A stretch of DNA of 64,000 nucleotides from Octopus bimaculoides (lineage: Eukaryota): the NCBI RefSeq assembly GCF_001194135.2, contig NC_068999.1:32829910-32893909 (forward strand), given 5' to 3'. This document shows, piece by piece, positions 1-13,384 of the stretch (positions within the stretch are counted from its first letter, which is position 1; each line of letters starts with the position of its first letter). The notes under the pieces were generated by a model, which searched no databases, was not told where the DNA came from, and saw nothing but the letters and a program-made list of their open reading frames with translations. The position numbers were made by a program, and so were the translations under genes.

Positions 1-967
1 AAAGATCTGGCTTTGAAGATGCTTTCTTGTTCTTTTATGAAGTGTCCTGTCCATTATGTCCCAGAGATGTTCAATAGGGTCCATATCTGGTGACTGGCTT
101 GGGCATGGAAGCTTTTTAATGCCATTCTCATCCAACAAATTTTGTGTCATTTTAGCCATGTGACAAGGAGCCCCATCTTTCATGAATAAAGGCTCTTCTT
201 TAATCATTTCACCACTGGAGAAGATTGGAAGGAGTCCTTTCTGCATTATGGACATATATTTATCTGAGTTTATGTTTCCCTCACACTCCACCAGCACTGA
301 CTGACCATTGCTCTAAATCATTCCCCAGACCGTCACAGAATAGCTGCCTTGTTTCATTGTTGGCTGCAATCTTTTCACATCAAATTCTTGACCAGAGTCG
401 CCAGACCCACACTCAACCACTGTCAGAAAATACAGCACATCTGGACTCATCAGAGAATATGACAGTGTCCCAAAATGCTAGTGAACTTTCCACCACCTCA
501 CTGGCCCAATCTTTTCTCTACTTGATATTGGCTGCTCAAAAAAGTGGCTTCTTTCTTACTGCTCTGCCATAGTAACCAAGTTTGTTGAGATACTTGACAG
601 CTGTTCTGGGACTGACTCAACTTGTTCTCCTATGTCAGAGGACTTGCAACAAGGATTATCTTTCACACTTCTCTTAGCAAAGAGAAGGGTCCTGTCAGAG
701 TGCCCTGGTTGATCTGGACGAGATGATGTGGACTCCTTCCTCTCTCTGGTGAATTGCACAATCACTCTATTAATTGTAGAATGTGGAATTCCTAGGTTTT
801 CTACAATTTTACACTAAGTCCACCTTCAGATTGATCCATAATACAGCCTCTTTGAAATTCATACAGTTGCAAGGCTTCTTTTGTACATGGCATGATTAAA
901 CAGTCACATATAGAACCTGAAACATAAAAATGTCAATTAATATAAACTATAAACTGTCATGTCTGTA
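1..967 (-). mobile_element. Tc1-like (DD34E) DNA transposon, decayed copy 1, truncated by the window start
   Basis: Minus-strand translation gives FSDES (plus 501-515) and FMKDGAPCHMAKMTQNLLDENGIKKLPCPSQSPDMDPIEHLWDIM, with exactly 34 residues between D and E. Frameshifts are present. The end gtcatgtctg+TA is at 956-967. Homologous to 25935-27172. Confidence 0.9.
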
Positions 968-971
968 TATA

Positions 972-1460
972 TATTGGGTTGGCCAAAAAGTTCGTTCAGT
1001 TTTTTTTTTTTCTGCTGATGCTAAACTTCAAACACTCTAATAAGCAGCTAGCTTCTATCTGTCCTTCAAGCATGTACAGTTGTTAGATACTTGACACTTC
1101 AACATAGCTGAACATAAACTTTCAGTGCTTGGGATCACCTTGAAAATGGTGAGCTAAAACAAATGTTACTGGCACCTCATGCTTTTTTTTTTTAAATAAA
1201 GGCAAGAATGCAGTGGAAACCTGCTGGAAGATATGCATAGTGTATGGAGAGGATGCTGTTAGTGAACGTGTGCCAGAAATGCTTTTCAAGGTTTCAGTTT
1301 GGGAAATTTTGTGATTTAATATGCACCTCTCTCTGGTCAGCCAACTGAAATTAACAGTTCTAAGTGAAGGAGTTAGTCAACACCAACCTCCATTATAAGG
1401 CCTGAATGAATGCAGATATTCTCCAGATATCTAAATCAAGTGTTAGAAACCACCTTCGAC
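972..1460 (+). mobile_element. Mariner element 5' fragment (TIR plus N-terminal transposase HTH)
   Basis: TA+TTGGGTTGGCCAAAAAGTTCG is a mariner-type TIR. Degenerate translation HLMLFFF.KGKNAVETCWKICIVYGEDAVSERV..ILQISKSSVRNHL matches the mariner DNA-binding region. No catalytic domain or right TIR is seen. Confidence 0.8.
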
Positions 1461-1461
1461 A

Positions 1462-1680
1462 CTGGCATGGACTGGTTGGTTTGATCAGAGCTAGCAAGCC
1501 AGAAAGCTGCACCAGAGTCCAGTCTGATTTGGTCCTGTTTCTGATGCTGGATGCTCTTCCTAATGCTAACCACTTTTACTGTGTGTGCTGGGTGCTTTAA
1601 ATGTGGCACTAGCACAACTGCTTTTTATGTGGCACCAGCGCAGAATTCTTGCAGGCCAATCCTCTTCACCAGGGAATGTT
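1462..1680 (-). mobile_element. RTE-LINE 3'UTR-type repeat fragment
   Basis: Contains the gctggatgc(c/t)cttcctaatgc(t/c)aaccac...gggtgctttt motif shared with the RTE 3' ends at 6537-6962, 10210-10568 and 32985-33305. Confidence 0.6.
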
Positions 1681-1726
1681 GCCTTAACACTTCTACAGTG
1701 GAGAACTAGTATATATATATATATAT

Positions 1727-1983
1727 GTGAAGGTGCATGGCTCAGTGGTTAGAGCATTGAGCTTACGATCGTGAGGTTGTGAGTTCGAATCCCGGACCAG
1801 GCTGCGTGTTGTGTTCTTGAACAAAACACTTTATTTCACGTTGCTCCAGTTCACTCAGCTGTAGAAATCAGTTGCGACATCGCAAGTGCCAAGCTGTATC
1901 GGCCTTTGCCTTTCCCTTGGATAATACTGGTGACGTAGAGAGGGGAGGCTGGTATGCATGGGCAACTGCTGGTCTTCCATAAA
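1727..1983 (+). mobile_element. tRNA-derived SINE, family A
   Basis: Pol III A box TGGCTCAGTGG and B box GTTCGAATCC, followed by a non-tRNA body shared with 17150-17490, 42126-42423 and 58307-58647. Runs into an N gap. Confidence 0.85.
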
Positions 1984-2081
1984 NNNNNNNNNNNNNNNNN
2001 NNNNNNNNNNNNNNNNNNNNNNNNNNNNNNNNNNNNNNNNNNNNNNNNNNNNNNNNNNNNNNNNNNNNNNNNNNNNNNNNN
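1984..2081. other. Assembly gap (N run)
   Basis: Run of N. Shorter N runs occur near 7464, 21529, 38972 and 52115. Confidence 0.99.
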
Positions 2082-4035
2082 TATATGTGTCTGTGCGTAT
2101 ATATATTATATATGTTTGTTACTGATGTATCATGTGGTGAGTTAACAAGTTTGATAGTGTTAGGTCACATATCAGTTTGCATGTCAAGCATAGCTGCATG
2201 ATGGAATTTTACTCAGGTAATACTAGGCCATTATGAAAGTATGGGAATGAGAAGCCACCCCCTAATATACAAACAGGTTATATAACAGGCAATTATGGAT
2301 TATCAGCAGCCAATGGTTTGAAATTCATTAACAGCACATACTTTTGGTATCAGCTACAGGATGAGTCAGTTTTCCCGTTGATGGATATTACAGTTTGCTG
2401 TAATATATACGGTTTCTCCTGAGAGCAGAGCTGGCAATTATAAATTCTGGGTACATAAGGAGGGGCCTTGTCAAGGATGCTGTATGTGATGTTAAGGAAA
2501 TCATTTTCCTTGGTGCCAGGGCCTCCAGAAGAAGGACAAGGGAGATGGAGTTTTTCTTATTCCTACATTTGAAAGAATACATGCATTGCATAAATTTTTC
2601 CTTGAAATTATTGGCTCTTATGGCTGTCACTGAATGGTATGAACCTTTTGAGAGGCAGTATTCTCCTAGTGGGCATTTGATAGGATTTCTGAAGTTGCAG
2701 GCTAGAGTTTGTGGCAGAGACTATGTGGGTGTGTGCTTGTTTCTGTTGTAGCATGCAATGTGGGAAGTAGTATTATCTAAGCATTAGTTGATAATTTGAC
2801 ATTATGGAAATTATAGAGTTTATGATACCTATGGATTCTTGGGAAATGCTGCCTAATTAGGAACAGGAAGCTTCTAGTTAACATTAGTGAATGCATGTAG
2901 ATCTCATGATGGATCTAACCAGATTATCTTTTTCTTTCTCTAGATTATCTTTCTCTTTCTAACTCTCTATGATAGTAGGGTGTGCTTTGAGGGAATTTCA
3001 CTTCTGCTTCTCATTGTGTTAATGACTGCACAGAGACTCCTTCACTGATACACTGTAGTGGTGGTAAAAGGTAGTGTGGAAGAGGGTAGTTGTGTTAGTG
3101 TGATGATTAGAGTGGAAGAGAGGTGAAATGTAATGGTGGAGAATTGTAGTTGAGGTGTAGTTTGTAAAGGGAGGGGGGACTAGTATAGTGGAGATAGTGT
3201 GGGGGTGGTTGTAAGAAGTGAAGGTATTTAAGGAGAGGACGGGTGTAGGGTAGTAGTTAGAAGTGGAGGTATAGTATGCAAGGAGGGGACTGGTGTAGTG
3301 GAGGACTTGTGATCCTATAGAGGCTTCCCAGCTGTCTCTGGTTCAGTGAGTGTGGAACATTGTAGTAAAAGGGTTGGGAGATATATTCAATGGGTGTATA
3401 TATAAATGAGTATGTAGATAAATGAGTATATACATAAAAGGTTTTACTATTGATGAAAGCGTTTCATTTAGAAATATCAATTTGAAAGACAGGTGTCACG
3501 TTCGAAGTGATAACAATAAAATATTGTACTTAGAAGCAGGAATTCTTTGAAATGCTGCTTATTTCAATACAAATTGTTGAGCAATTGAAAAATTGACTTC
3601 AATATGTAGCAATTAATACAGTCTATTGGTGCACTAAACATTAGTGGTGATGGCAGGGAGGGCCTAACACACACACATATATACATACATATGCATGCAT
3701 ATACCTGCACACACACACACACGTATGTGCACACACCTACACCCACTCACATGTTAATGTGTGTGTGTGTGTAATGAAAGGGAGAGATACTTGGGTGGAT
3801 AAGTTTGCAGTTGGAAAGTTAGATGGGTGAATTGTTAGATGAACAACTGGGCAGGCTGGTAGCTAGATTAATGAACTGGCAGATAAATGAATGGAGAAAA
3901 TGCCAGGTTGATAGACCTGTAAATAGCTAGATAGATAGAGAGATTGATAGACTGGTAGTCAAGTACATAAGTAACCAGGCAAATGCATGGATAGATAGAT
4001 AGTCAAATACATAGGTAACCAGATAGATAGATTGA

Positions 4036-4069
<34 letters not shown>

Positions 4070-4597
4070 AATTGACAGTCAAATACATAGGTAACCAAAC
4101 AGGCAATTAGATAGATATAGGTAGGTAGATAGGAGGATTGGTGTGTTGTGGGTGGGTGGATGTACTTCCATACAGTGTAAGATAGTCAGACAAGCATTGT
4201 AGATCTCATACACAATAATGATTGTGGCTAGAATATATAAAAGTTTTAGAGAGTTGGAAAGTACAAAGTGAAAGTGGGTGTTCTGGTGAAGCCAATATAT
4301 TGGAATTAATGGATAAGATGTTACTGGAACATATGGAATATAGGTGTGGTATGGTGTGTGTGTGTGTGTGTGTATGTAAGAAGGGAGCAGTGGTACTGTA
4401 GTACATTAACTCACCCATTGATATGACCTGTCTAGAAAATACAAATATGTACATAAATCCCTGTGCAAGTGTGTGTATGTATGTGTTGATGTAAGTGATA
4501 TAGTGTTGAAATTGCTATAGATGTGCATATGTATGTAAATATGTGACTATGCATACTAATGTATGCATGTACTCTTTTGTCTATGTATGGATCTGTG

Positions 4598-4641
<44 letters not shown>

Positions 4642-5267
4642 CACACACATTTGCAGACACACACACACACACACATATATATACATTCCTGCTGTATTTT
4701 TTAACTTCTTCATTTTCCTCCCTCATCTTTTACCTCCATCTTTTACACCCCTTCCTCTTCATCTTCTCCATCTTACCATCACCACCTCCTCTACTATCGC
4801 CTCTAATAGAACAGCTTGGGGAATCTGGAAGAGCCACAAATGTCAAAAATCAATATTGGTAGTTTAGATGTGAATATCAGATCAATAATCAATAGCCAAT
4901 AATACTTAAGCAGCACATTGTGACTGGTGGAATGGAACCACTAAAACACAAACACACAATGGCCAGCTGGAGCAATTTCCTATAATGACTGAAAAATGCT
5001 TCAAATCAAAAAAAAAAAAACCCCCAGCTTACTTATATCCAGTGTTTTGTTAGCTATTTTATTTTTACTTTACTGCAATTATATTATTTTATATAATTAT
5101 ATTTTATTTTGTTAAATATATTCTTAGCAAAGAAGAAAGTTATTAGATAAACGTATATTTGAGTGTCTGGCAAAGAAAAAATATATAAATGTAAAGATTT
5201 TTATTTGATATATGTATGTGTGTGTATACATACGTAGCTAGCTAGATAGATAGTTGTGTGTGTCTTT

Positions 5268-5610
5268 GTATATCTTTTATCCTATACTTGTTTCAGTTAT
5301 TGGACTACAGGCTGTCCTGGGGTACTTTCCTGAAAGGTTTTGATCTAATAGTCTGTACTTATTTCTTAAGTTTGATACTTATTCTAGTGATCTCTTTTGC
5401 CATTCTGCTAAGTTACAGACATAAATATATCAGCACCAGTTGTCAGGCAGTTGTGTGAGGATTAAACACACACACACATTACAGGTTTCCACACAGTTTC
5501 TATCTACCAAATTTACTTTTATTGGTTGGCCCAGGTGCCAAGCAGTGGAACAACCTGAAACTACATAGTTGCAAAGTGAGCTTTTTAACCACCCATCTAT
5601 GCCTATGCTT
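5268..5610 (-). mobile_element. tRNA-derived SINE, family B (decayed)
   Basis: Reverse-strand match to the family best preserved at 22061-22462, from the tail cttgtttcagt to the head ttaaccac..atgcc. Confidence 0.7.
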
Positions 5611-6004
5611 GTAAATGTGTGCTTTACATCTATTTTGTCCTTGCTTGCATGGGTTGGACAAATTGTTGACTGAGGCATTGTTTTACAACCAGACCTCCTT
5701 CCTGATGTTAACCCTTACCTGTTTTCCAAGTAGGGTGTTACTTATTCCACATGGCTTCATAGACAAGAAGTACCCAGGCAATTTGGTGGTTGGAGAAACT
5801 AACAACAGCAATGCTCAATACATTTTTGTACAAGAGATTACAGATGCATACACACACACTCATGGCATTTTTCTTCAAGTTTCCCAAGGTGCCATTCAAT
5901 GGGACTGAACCAAAAACCATGTAGTTGGGAAATGAACTTTTCAACTACACACCCATGCTTCTACCTATACGTAAACTTTTGGTCTACATGCTCTACATAT
6001 AGGC

Positions 6005-6292
6005 ACAGGCATGGCTGTGTGATAAGAAGTTTGCTTCCTAACCACATGGTTCAAGGTTCAGTCCCTCTGTGTGACACCTTGGGGCAGTGTCTCCTACTAT
6101 AGCCTCAGGCTGACCAAAGCCTTGTGAGTGGATTTGGCTGATGGAAACTGAAATAAGCCTGTTATATCTCCTAGCAGTCTCTTTACTGAACTGGTAAGTT
6201 ACAGAGATATAAACTGACCTACACCAGTTGTTAGGCAGTGTAGAGGGACAAACAGACACACACGCACGTGTATGTGTGTATCTATCTATCTA

Positions 6293-6342
<50 letters not shown>

Positions 6343-6535
6343 TAGATAGATACACACACACACACACACATGTGCGTGTGTGTGTCTTTGTTTGTCCCTC
6401 TACCACTATCTGACAACTGGTGTAGGTCAGTTTACATCTCTGTAACTTAGCAGTTCAGTAAAGGGACTGCTAGAATAAGCATCAGGCTTTAAAATAATAA
6501 ATAAATACTGGGGTCGATTCATTTGACTAAAAAAG
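6005..6535 (+). mobile_element. SINE family B with an internal inverted duplication
   Basis: Head ggcatggctgtgtgataagaagtttgcttcc..ggttcagtccc, an internal (TA)n tract, and the 3' half. Segment 6171-6253 is an inverted copy of 6390-6473. Confidence 0.85.
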
Positions 6536-6536
6536 T

Positions 6537-6962
6537 ATCATCATCATCATCATTTAACGTCCGTTGACCATGCTGGTATGGGTTGGATGGTTTGACTGGG
6601 CTGTCATGCTGGAAGGTTGAACCAGATTCCAATCTGATTTGGCATGGTTTTCCATGGCTGGATACCCTTCCTAACACCAACCACTCGGAGAGGGTAATAG
6701 GTGCCAATTTATGTGACACCAGTATCTGCTACGACTGAAATTTCACTCAGCTTGATGGGTCTTCTTCTCAAGCATGACATAATGCCAAAGGTCTCAGTCA
6801 CTAGTCATTACCTCTGTGAGGTTCAAAGTTCGAAGATCATGCTTCACCACCTCGTCCCATGTCTTCTGCACATACGTCTACCACAGGTTCCCTCTACAGA
6901 GGTTGGCACTTCTTTACACAGCTGTCCTAGTCCATACGCATCACATAACCATACCAGTGCAG
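6537..6962 (-). mobile_element. RTE-clade LINE 3' end (ORF C-terminus, 3'UTR, (GAT)n tail)
   Basis: Minus translation LHWYGYVMRMD*DSCVKKC..VEGTCGR..KTWDEVVKHDLRTLNLTEVMTSD*DLWHYVMLEKK matches the RTE C-terminal pattern RWYGHV.R...GRPRKTW. Ends in a (GAT)n tail. Confidence 0.85.
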
Positions 6963-7475
6963 TCATGTGTGTGTCTGTATATTTATATTTATATATACAC
7001 ACACACACTATTTTATTTCATGTATGTGTATTTATATATTTATGTATTTTATTTCATGTATGTAGAGATGTATGTGTGCATAAACTTTTATTCATCTTTA
7101 TCAATTATACTACTTTTATTCTCTCTTAACTTCTAAATTTTTCTTACGAAAGGCAAATTCTTTGTTTTTGCTTTTTTTGTAATATATCTTTTTTCAAAGA
7201 TCTCCCCATCTCTGCCATTATTTTGTCATGTCCTCCATTTTCTCCCTATCAATTTCTAGCCAATTTCCCTCATTAATTCTACAACCAAGTACATCTACGC
7301 CATTCATCAAATATGTATATGTGTATACACACACACATACATATATATATACACACACACACCACACACAATACCATATAGTTAATCTTTTAGATATATA
7401 TGAAATTACTTCTCGTTATTTCATACTCATTTTATTGCTCTTCAGAAGATGGGGGGGGGGGGGNNNNNNNNNNNN

Positions 7476-7523
<48 letters not shown>

Positions 7524-8160
7524 CACCACCACTACCACCCTCTGTTACTATTATGCTTAAAAATGTACTTTTATCTTTTAGACCTTTACACACACACACA
7601 CACAAACACACACAGACACACACACACTTTCTCTCTCCTTGTCTCTGTCTAAATGGCCATTAAAAAAAATTATGTCTTATCGCCAGAAGTTAAAATTGTA
7701 ATTGATGAATGGATGATGGATGGTGGGTGAAGTAAATATATACATGTGTGTGTATTTATCATCATCATCATTCATCACCATTATTTTACACCCATGTAAA
7801 ATGGATGTGTGTGTGTACATAAATACATACATACATACATACATACATATAGTAGTTGTGTGTTACCAATCTTTTCACTTTTGTTAAAGTGATGAAAAAA
7901 TTACTCTAAATTGGAGAATAATTTGGGATTGATTTCATGTGTGTGGGGGGGGGCAAGTATGTATACATGAAATGGGAGTGAGAGAATATGTGTGTGTGTG
8001 AAGAATTAGTGGCTTTTGTCCAAGACACATCACTGCCCTCTGATAACAGTTGTTATTGATGTTATTGCGTTGGTTACTTTATTCATTAGTCTTGAATGAT
8101 GAAACTGGCATTAGTGGTTCATTTCTTGTCAACAGCACCAGCTCTCTACATCTAGAATAT

Positions 8161-9386
8161 TATTAGGTCATCAAGTATGAAATTTGTAGTAAGGTGTATG
8201 GTAAACTTTGACATCTGCTCATTTTGCGCTATTATTATATTTTGACAATCTTTATTTTTTGTTACAAAGCTGACACATCTATTTCTTTATTCTAACTCAT
8301 TTTGTGCTTTATAAAATATTTATAAATCATTTTTTGCTGTTTTTGTTTAGAGATGGATAAGTCAAAAATTCGTACAGTTTTGAAATATGAGTTCTTTCTT
8401 GGAAATACAGTATCAAATCAGTTTGCAAAATTTCTTTCTGGTAACTTTGATCTCACAAATGAGCAATGCGGTTGACCAGAAACAAAGGTGGATAATAACG
8501 AACTGAAAGCCACCGTTGAGTAAGATCCATCTCAAAGTGTCCCTGAATTAGTGTTGTTGTTTGGTGTTAGCAAGCAAAGAATATTGACTCACCTAGTTCA
8601 AATCGGTAAAGTGAAAAAGTTGGATAAGTGGGTTCTAAATGAACTCGGTGAAAATCAGAAACAGCAAGGTTTGGAAGCCTGCATTATGCTACTTTCTCGT
8701 CATAAAAATGAATCATTTTTTAATCGAACTGTAACATGTGATGAGAAATGGATCCAATACAACAACCATAAATGTTCAGCACAATGGTTGGACAAAGACA
8801 AACCACCAAAACACAGTCCAAAAAGCAAAATTCATCAAAAGAAGCTGATCTTGTGTGTTTGGTAGTCTGGTGCTGGTGTGACCCATTATGATTTCATTAA
8901 ACCTGGCTCATCAATCATGGTCGAAGTATACTGCTGGTAATTGGACCAAATGATGCAGAAACTTACAAAAAAAAAAAGCAGCCTAGATTAGTCAACAGAT
9001 CCACTCCTATTTTATTGCAAGACAACACCAGACCACACATCACAAAAATGACATTGGCAAAACTACAGGAATTGGAAGTTCTCCATCAGCCACTATACTC
9101 ACTTGATCTTGCCCCCACTGACTACCAATTCTTCCAGAATTTGGATAACTTTTTGATAGGAAAAAAATTTAATTCCAACGATGTTGTAAAACAGGCCTTC
9201 CAAGATTTTATTGACTCTAGATTGCCAGGTTTTTACAGTTCTGGGCTGGACAAGCTATCACTGAAATGGCAAAAATGTATTGACAATATGGGTGCATACT
9301 TTGATGAATAAAACTATTCCTTGTTTTATAAAACATTAGCAAACTTTTCTTTCTTTTCTACAAATTTCATACCTGACTACCTGATA
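8161..9386 (+). mobile_element. Near full-length mariner transposon (cecropia/Hsmar1-like)
   Basis: TA-flanked ~29-bp TIRs (TATTAGGTCATCAAGTATGAAATTTGTAG versus reverse complement TATCAGGTAGTCAGGTATGAAATTTGTAG, 4 mismatches) enclosing a decayed transposase. Confidence 0.93.
8353..9311 (+). pseudogene. Mariner transposase pseudogene (DD34D type)
   Basis: MDKSKIR..., IGKVKKLDKWV, TCDEKW, QDNTRPH, YSLDLAPTDY, KWQKCIDNMGAYFDE*. Has stops, a frameshift in an A-run near 8966, a deletion in the HTH region, and only 32 residues between the last two Asp (a 2-codon deletion). Confidence 0.92.
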
Positions 9387-9444
9387 ACATTGTCAACAAC
9401 TCAGTCTATCTAGATGTATGCAGGTACCACTCTCTGAAATAATT

Positions 9445-10195
9445 TATCTTTTATCTTTTACTTGCGACTATGCTGGGGCACTGCTTTCATGAATTTTTAG
9501 TTGAATGAATCAACCCCAGTACTTATTTTTTGTTAAGCCTGGTACTTATTGTGTTGATCTCTTTTTGCCAAACTGCTAAGTGACAGGGACATATATATAT
9601 ATATATATATTTACTATGGGCTTCTTTCAGTTTCCCTCTACTAAATCCAATCAGAAGACTTTGGTAGGTTTTAGGCTATAGTAGAAGACATTTGCCCAAG
9701 GTGCCATGCACTGGAACTGAACCTTGGACCATGTGACTGAGAAGCAAGCTTAAAGAGTAACAAAATTGCTACATTGATTGCTTTATTGATGTGACAGTCA
9801 TAGTGAGATCAATACTGCCTGTGGCTTTGAGTTTCAAAAAGGGGTTTCAGGATCAATATTCTATATGTTCCATCACCCGTTGATGGAGTTTCTTTATCAA
9901 GATAAATAATGTGATACATATATTATTATACTATTGCTCATAAATCTGTCACTACTATTTTATTTTTTATCTTTTACTTGTATTAATCATTGGACTACAG
10001 CCATATTGGGACACTAACTGTCTTCAAGAGGTTTTGTTGAACGAATTGACCCTAGTATTTGTTTCTTTTTGTTTGTTTTTTTAAAGCCTGGTACTTATTT
10101 GATCAGTCACTTTTGCCAAACAACTAAGTTATGAAGTTGTAAATAAATCATCGGTTGATAAGCAGCTGCAGAGGTGACAAGCACAAAGACATCCT
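9445..10195 (-). mobile_element. Two decayed family-B SINE copies (about 9445-9750 and 9965-10195)
   Basis: Both carry ttttacttg..gactacagcca/tgctggggcac, aagcctggtacttatt and ctaagt motifs of the family-B 3' half. Confidence 0.7.
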
Positions 10196-10209
10196 TATAT
10201 ACATACATA

Positions 10210-10568
10210 CAAGTGCCACTCTCTTGAAGAGAAGAAACATGTAGAAACATGTAGACCCAGGAAGACATGGGATGAAGTACTGAAGAACAACCTCAGGAAG
10301 CTGAACCTTTCAGGGGAGATGGCAAAGGACCGAGACACCTGATGCCTGGCTGTATTCAAGAAAACATATATCCCACCGCAGAAGTGTTAAGACCAATCCT
10401 TCTGGTGGTGTAAAGCACTCGTGACAGTTCCACATAAAAGCACCCAGCACACTCTGTAAAGAGGTGAGCATTAGGAAGGGTATCCAGCCATAGAAACCAT
10501 GCCAAAACAGACTGGAATCTAATGCAGCTCCCCCACTTGCCAGTGTGAACAAAGGACGTTAAATGATG
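10210..10568 (+). mobile_element. RTE-clade LINE 3' end with 3'UTR
   Basis: KCHSL..CRPRKTWDEVLKNNLRKLNLSGEMAKDRDT*CLAVFKK, followed by the cataaaagcacccagcacactctgtaaa...ggacgttaaatgatg UTR. Confidence 0.8.
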
Positions 10569-10569
10569 G

Positions 10570-10715
10570 AAACTACACAGTTTCCATCTACCAAAGTCAC
10601 TCATAAGGCATTAGTTGGCCTGGGATTGTGTTAAGACACATCTCTTAAGTGCTGCTTAGTGGCACTGAACCTGAGACTAAGTGGGTTCAAAGCAAGCTTC
10701 TTAACCACATAGCCA
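10570..10715 (-). mobile_element. SINE family B head fragment
   Basis: cagtttccatctaccaaa..cactcataaggc..gcaagcttcttaaccacatagccat is the reverse of the family-B 5' half. Confidence 0.65.
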
Positions 10716-11475
10716 TGGAAGGAGGGACAGAGCCCATAACTGTAGCGATAAGAAGGTGGAAGATATTCTTTAAACCAGACCCTCAGCCTGAATGTTTGAG
10801 GGTCCTGCTAAAGACATCCAAAGTGATTGAGATAGAGTAGGGTGTGCTTGTAATAGTGGTGGTGGTGGTGGCGGTGATGATGGGGTTGTATGTTGGGCTT
10901 GTGGTGATGGTGGTAGTTCTTAACCTGTGGGAAAAATAGTATCAAAAGTGGTGGTGATGGTGGTGGCGGCTTTTATGAATAATAGTGATGATGATGATAA
11001 AGGTAGATGGATGCTGGCAAAATTGTACTGATGGTTGTGGTTATTAATATGGTGAGAAGGAATGGTTGTGGTGGTCTTACTAATTCCTTTACTTAATCTT
11101 GTAGTTTCTATTTCCATTTTTCTTAATTATCATTGTTGTCATCATTGCCATCATCATCATCATCATCAGTTGTTGTGATGGTTGTGGTATGACTGAAGTA
11201 CTTTAATTTTCTTGTTAATCTTGTAACTTCTTCCATCTTATTACTCATCATCATAATCATCACTTGTAGCAGCAGCAGGAGAACCATCACCCTCACCACC
11301 ACCACCTTCATCATCATCATCAACATCATCATCAACATCAGTGAACACCATTTATCAGTGGAACATGTTCAGTCACGTAGCAGAGCTCTAAAGAAGGATT
11401 TACTCCAGAGAGGAAGAAGATCTTGCATAATTTCTTCATTAGTTTTTAAGCTACCCCAACACACCATGCATGCTT

Positions 11476-11550
<75 letters not shown>

Positions 11551-13384
11551 CGCACACGCACACATGCAAACACACACTCTTTTACATACTTAAACATACA
11601 TGCATACTCATAGACATGCCCATAAATATTTATATACACACACACAAACATATACACATCTACATTACCACAGGCACACACACAAACAAAGCTATATTCC
11701 TCATTAATATGGACTGATGAAGATGAGAAATAAATGATCTCACACAGTTTCTTCATTTTTGTTTTTATTTTGCTTCCACTCATGCCCTACCAACCTCTCT
11801 CTTTCTCTCTCCCACACACAGGTATATAACATATCATCATACTATCATCTCTTTACATTATGTTGTGGTGGTGAAGAGAGGAGAAATAGAGGTACTCTCA
11901 CTCTTTTTTGACTTCATTATTTTATACTCCTCCCACTAATAAAACATGTTATTGAGGCTTATTTCCTACTCTAAGAGTTGTTTTGCTAATCCACTTTATA
12001 GTGTCTGTTAGGAGCTAAGACGGGGAAGTGGTGGTTGTGTTAGTGATTAAGGACCCAGATGGCTATAGATACAATCCTTGTGTTCCTCTTCAGGCTAATG
12101 CTCTTCTAAAAACCATATTTTATCCCTCTCTTTTGTTCAACATATTGTGTTAATGCAATGGGAAACCCCCTTCCCCTCTTTTATCTTATAATAATTTGCT
12201 ATTTCTCCCTCGTGATTCTGCATCTATAATGTTGGTTATTGACTGTGTAGAGCAGAGACAATGAAAGAGGAGGGGTGTTGGAGAAAATTGATTCTTGCAT
12301 CCTCTGAAAATCTTTAGAAAATGGTAATATAAGAACAGTAGGTAAGGAAATTGCATATAATGGTCTATGGAACCATTAGTGGAGGAGGTAAGGAACGAAG
12401 GATTGAGGTATTCTAAATGTAAGGGATCTCTTTCAATACAAATAGATCTTTCACTATTTATTACTTCTTAGATAGTAAAACAGACTCCCAAAAATCCTTT
12501 GATGGAATGGTTATTAAGGCTAAGACCATCAAAGATGGAGATAGATTAACAATATCTTGAGAAATTCTTCAGTTTTCTGAGTCTGCTGCTCCAGGAGACA
12601 TTTTCTAGACATTACTTTCTCTAAAACATAGAATTAAGTAAATATTGTAATATGAATGCCATTTCAGATCTCAGAGAATAAAGAATTCAATGAAAGATAT
12701 ACAGCTAAAATATTGAGTTATGTTGGGCAATGTTGTAATTGTTGTTGTTGTTGTTTAGCTCCAGCTTAGTCACAGTCCTGCCAACCTATGGATATTAAAA
12801 ATATTCCAGCTATAAAAATCCCATTTTCTTTTTTTTTCCTTTTCTTTTTGGTTTTTCAAACATAGTATATCTTGAATTACATAACTCCAAGTGACTTTCA
12901 TTTTCTTCAGAAAATGTAATTTGAGAGTAATTTAGTTGTTCTTTCTAGCCATCCAAGTGGCCACATAACAGTTCCTTTATTGGTTTTTCTGATAATATTT
13001 AACAGTAGATGTTTCCAAGGGTGGATTACTTGGGGGAACAAAATTTACTGTTACCTGTTCACTTTTCTGTCAGCCAAGCAAACTGGAGCAAGGAAAGTTA
13101 CCTTCTTTGCACAGAGGAATAACACAATGTTACTGTTAAGATCTGAACTTACAACTACATGGTTTGTGGCCCAGTAAGACACTGAAAGAGCTTTTATGCA
13201 GTCTCTCAACTTATTACAAACAACACCTAATCTCCGTCAAATCACCATACTGTATTCTAAAGAAACGAATACATTGGATGATATAGTCCTAGATATATGA
13301 TGTCAAGATAAAAAACAGGAAGGTCATGGCTAAAACACACCTTTGTCCATAAATCAGCTACATCAGGGCTGACAGCACACAATC

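Noticed and set aside
1727-1805. tRNA-like sequence with A and B boxes
   Set aside because: No proper acceptor or anticodon stems, and it continues into a body repeated elsewhere; it is a SINE head, not a tRNA gene.
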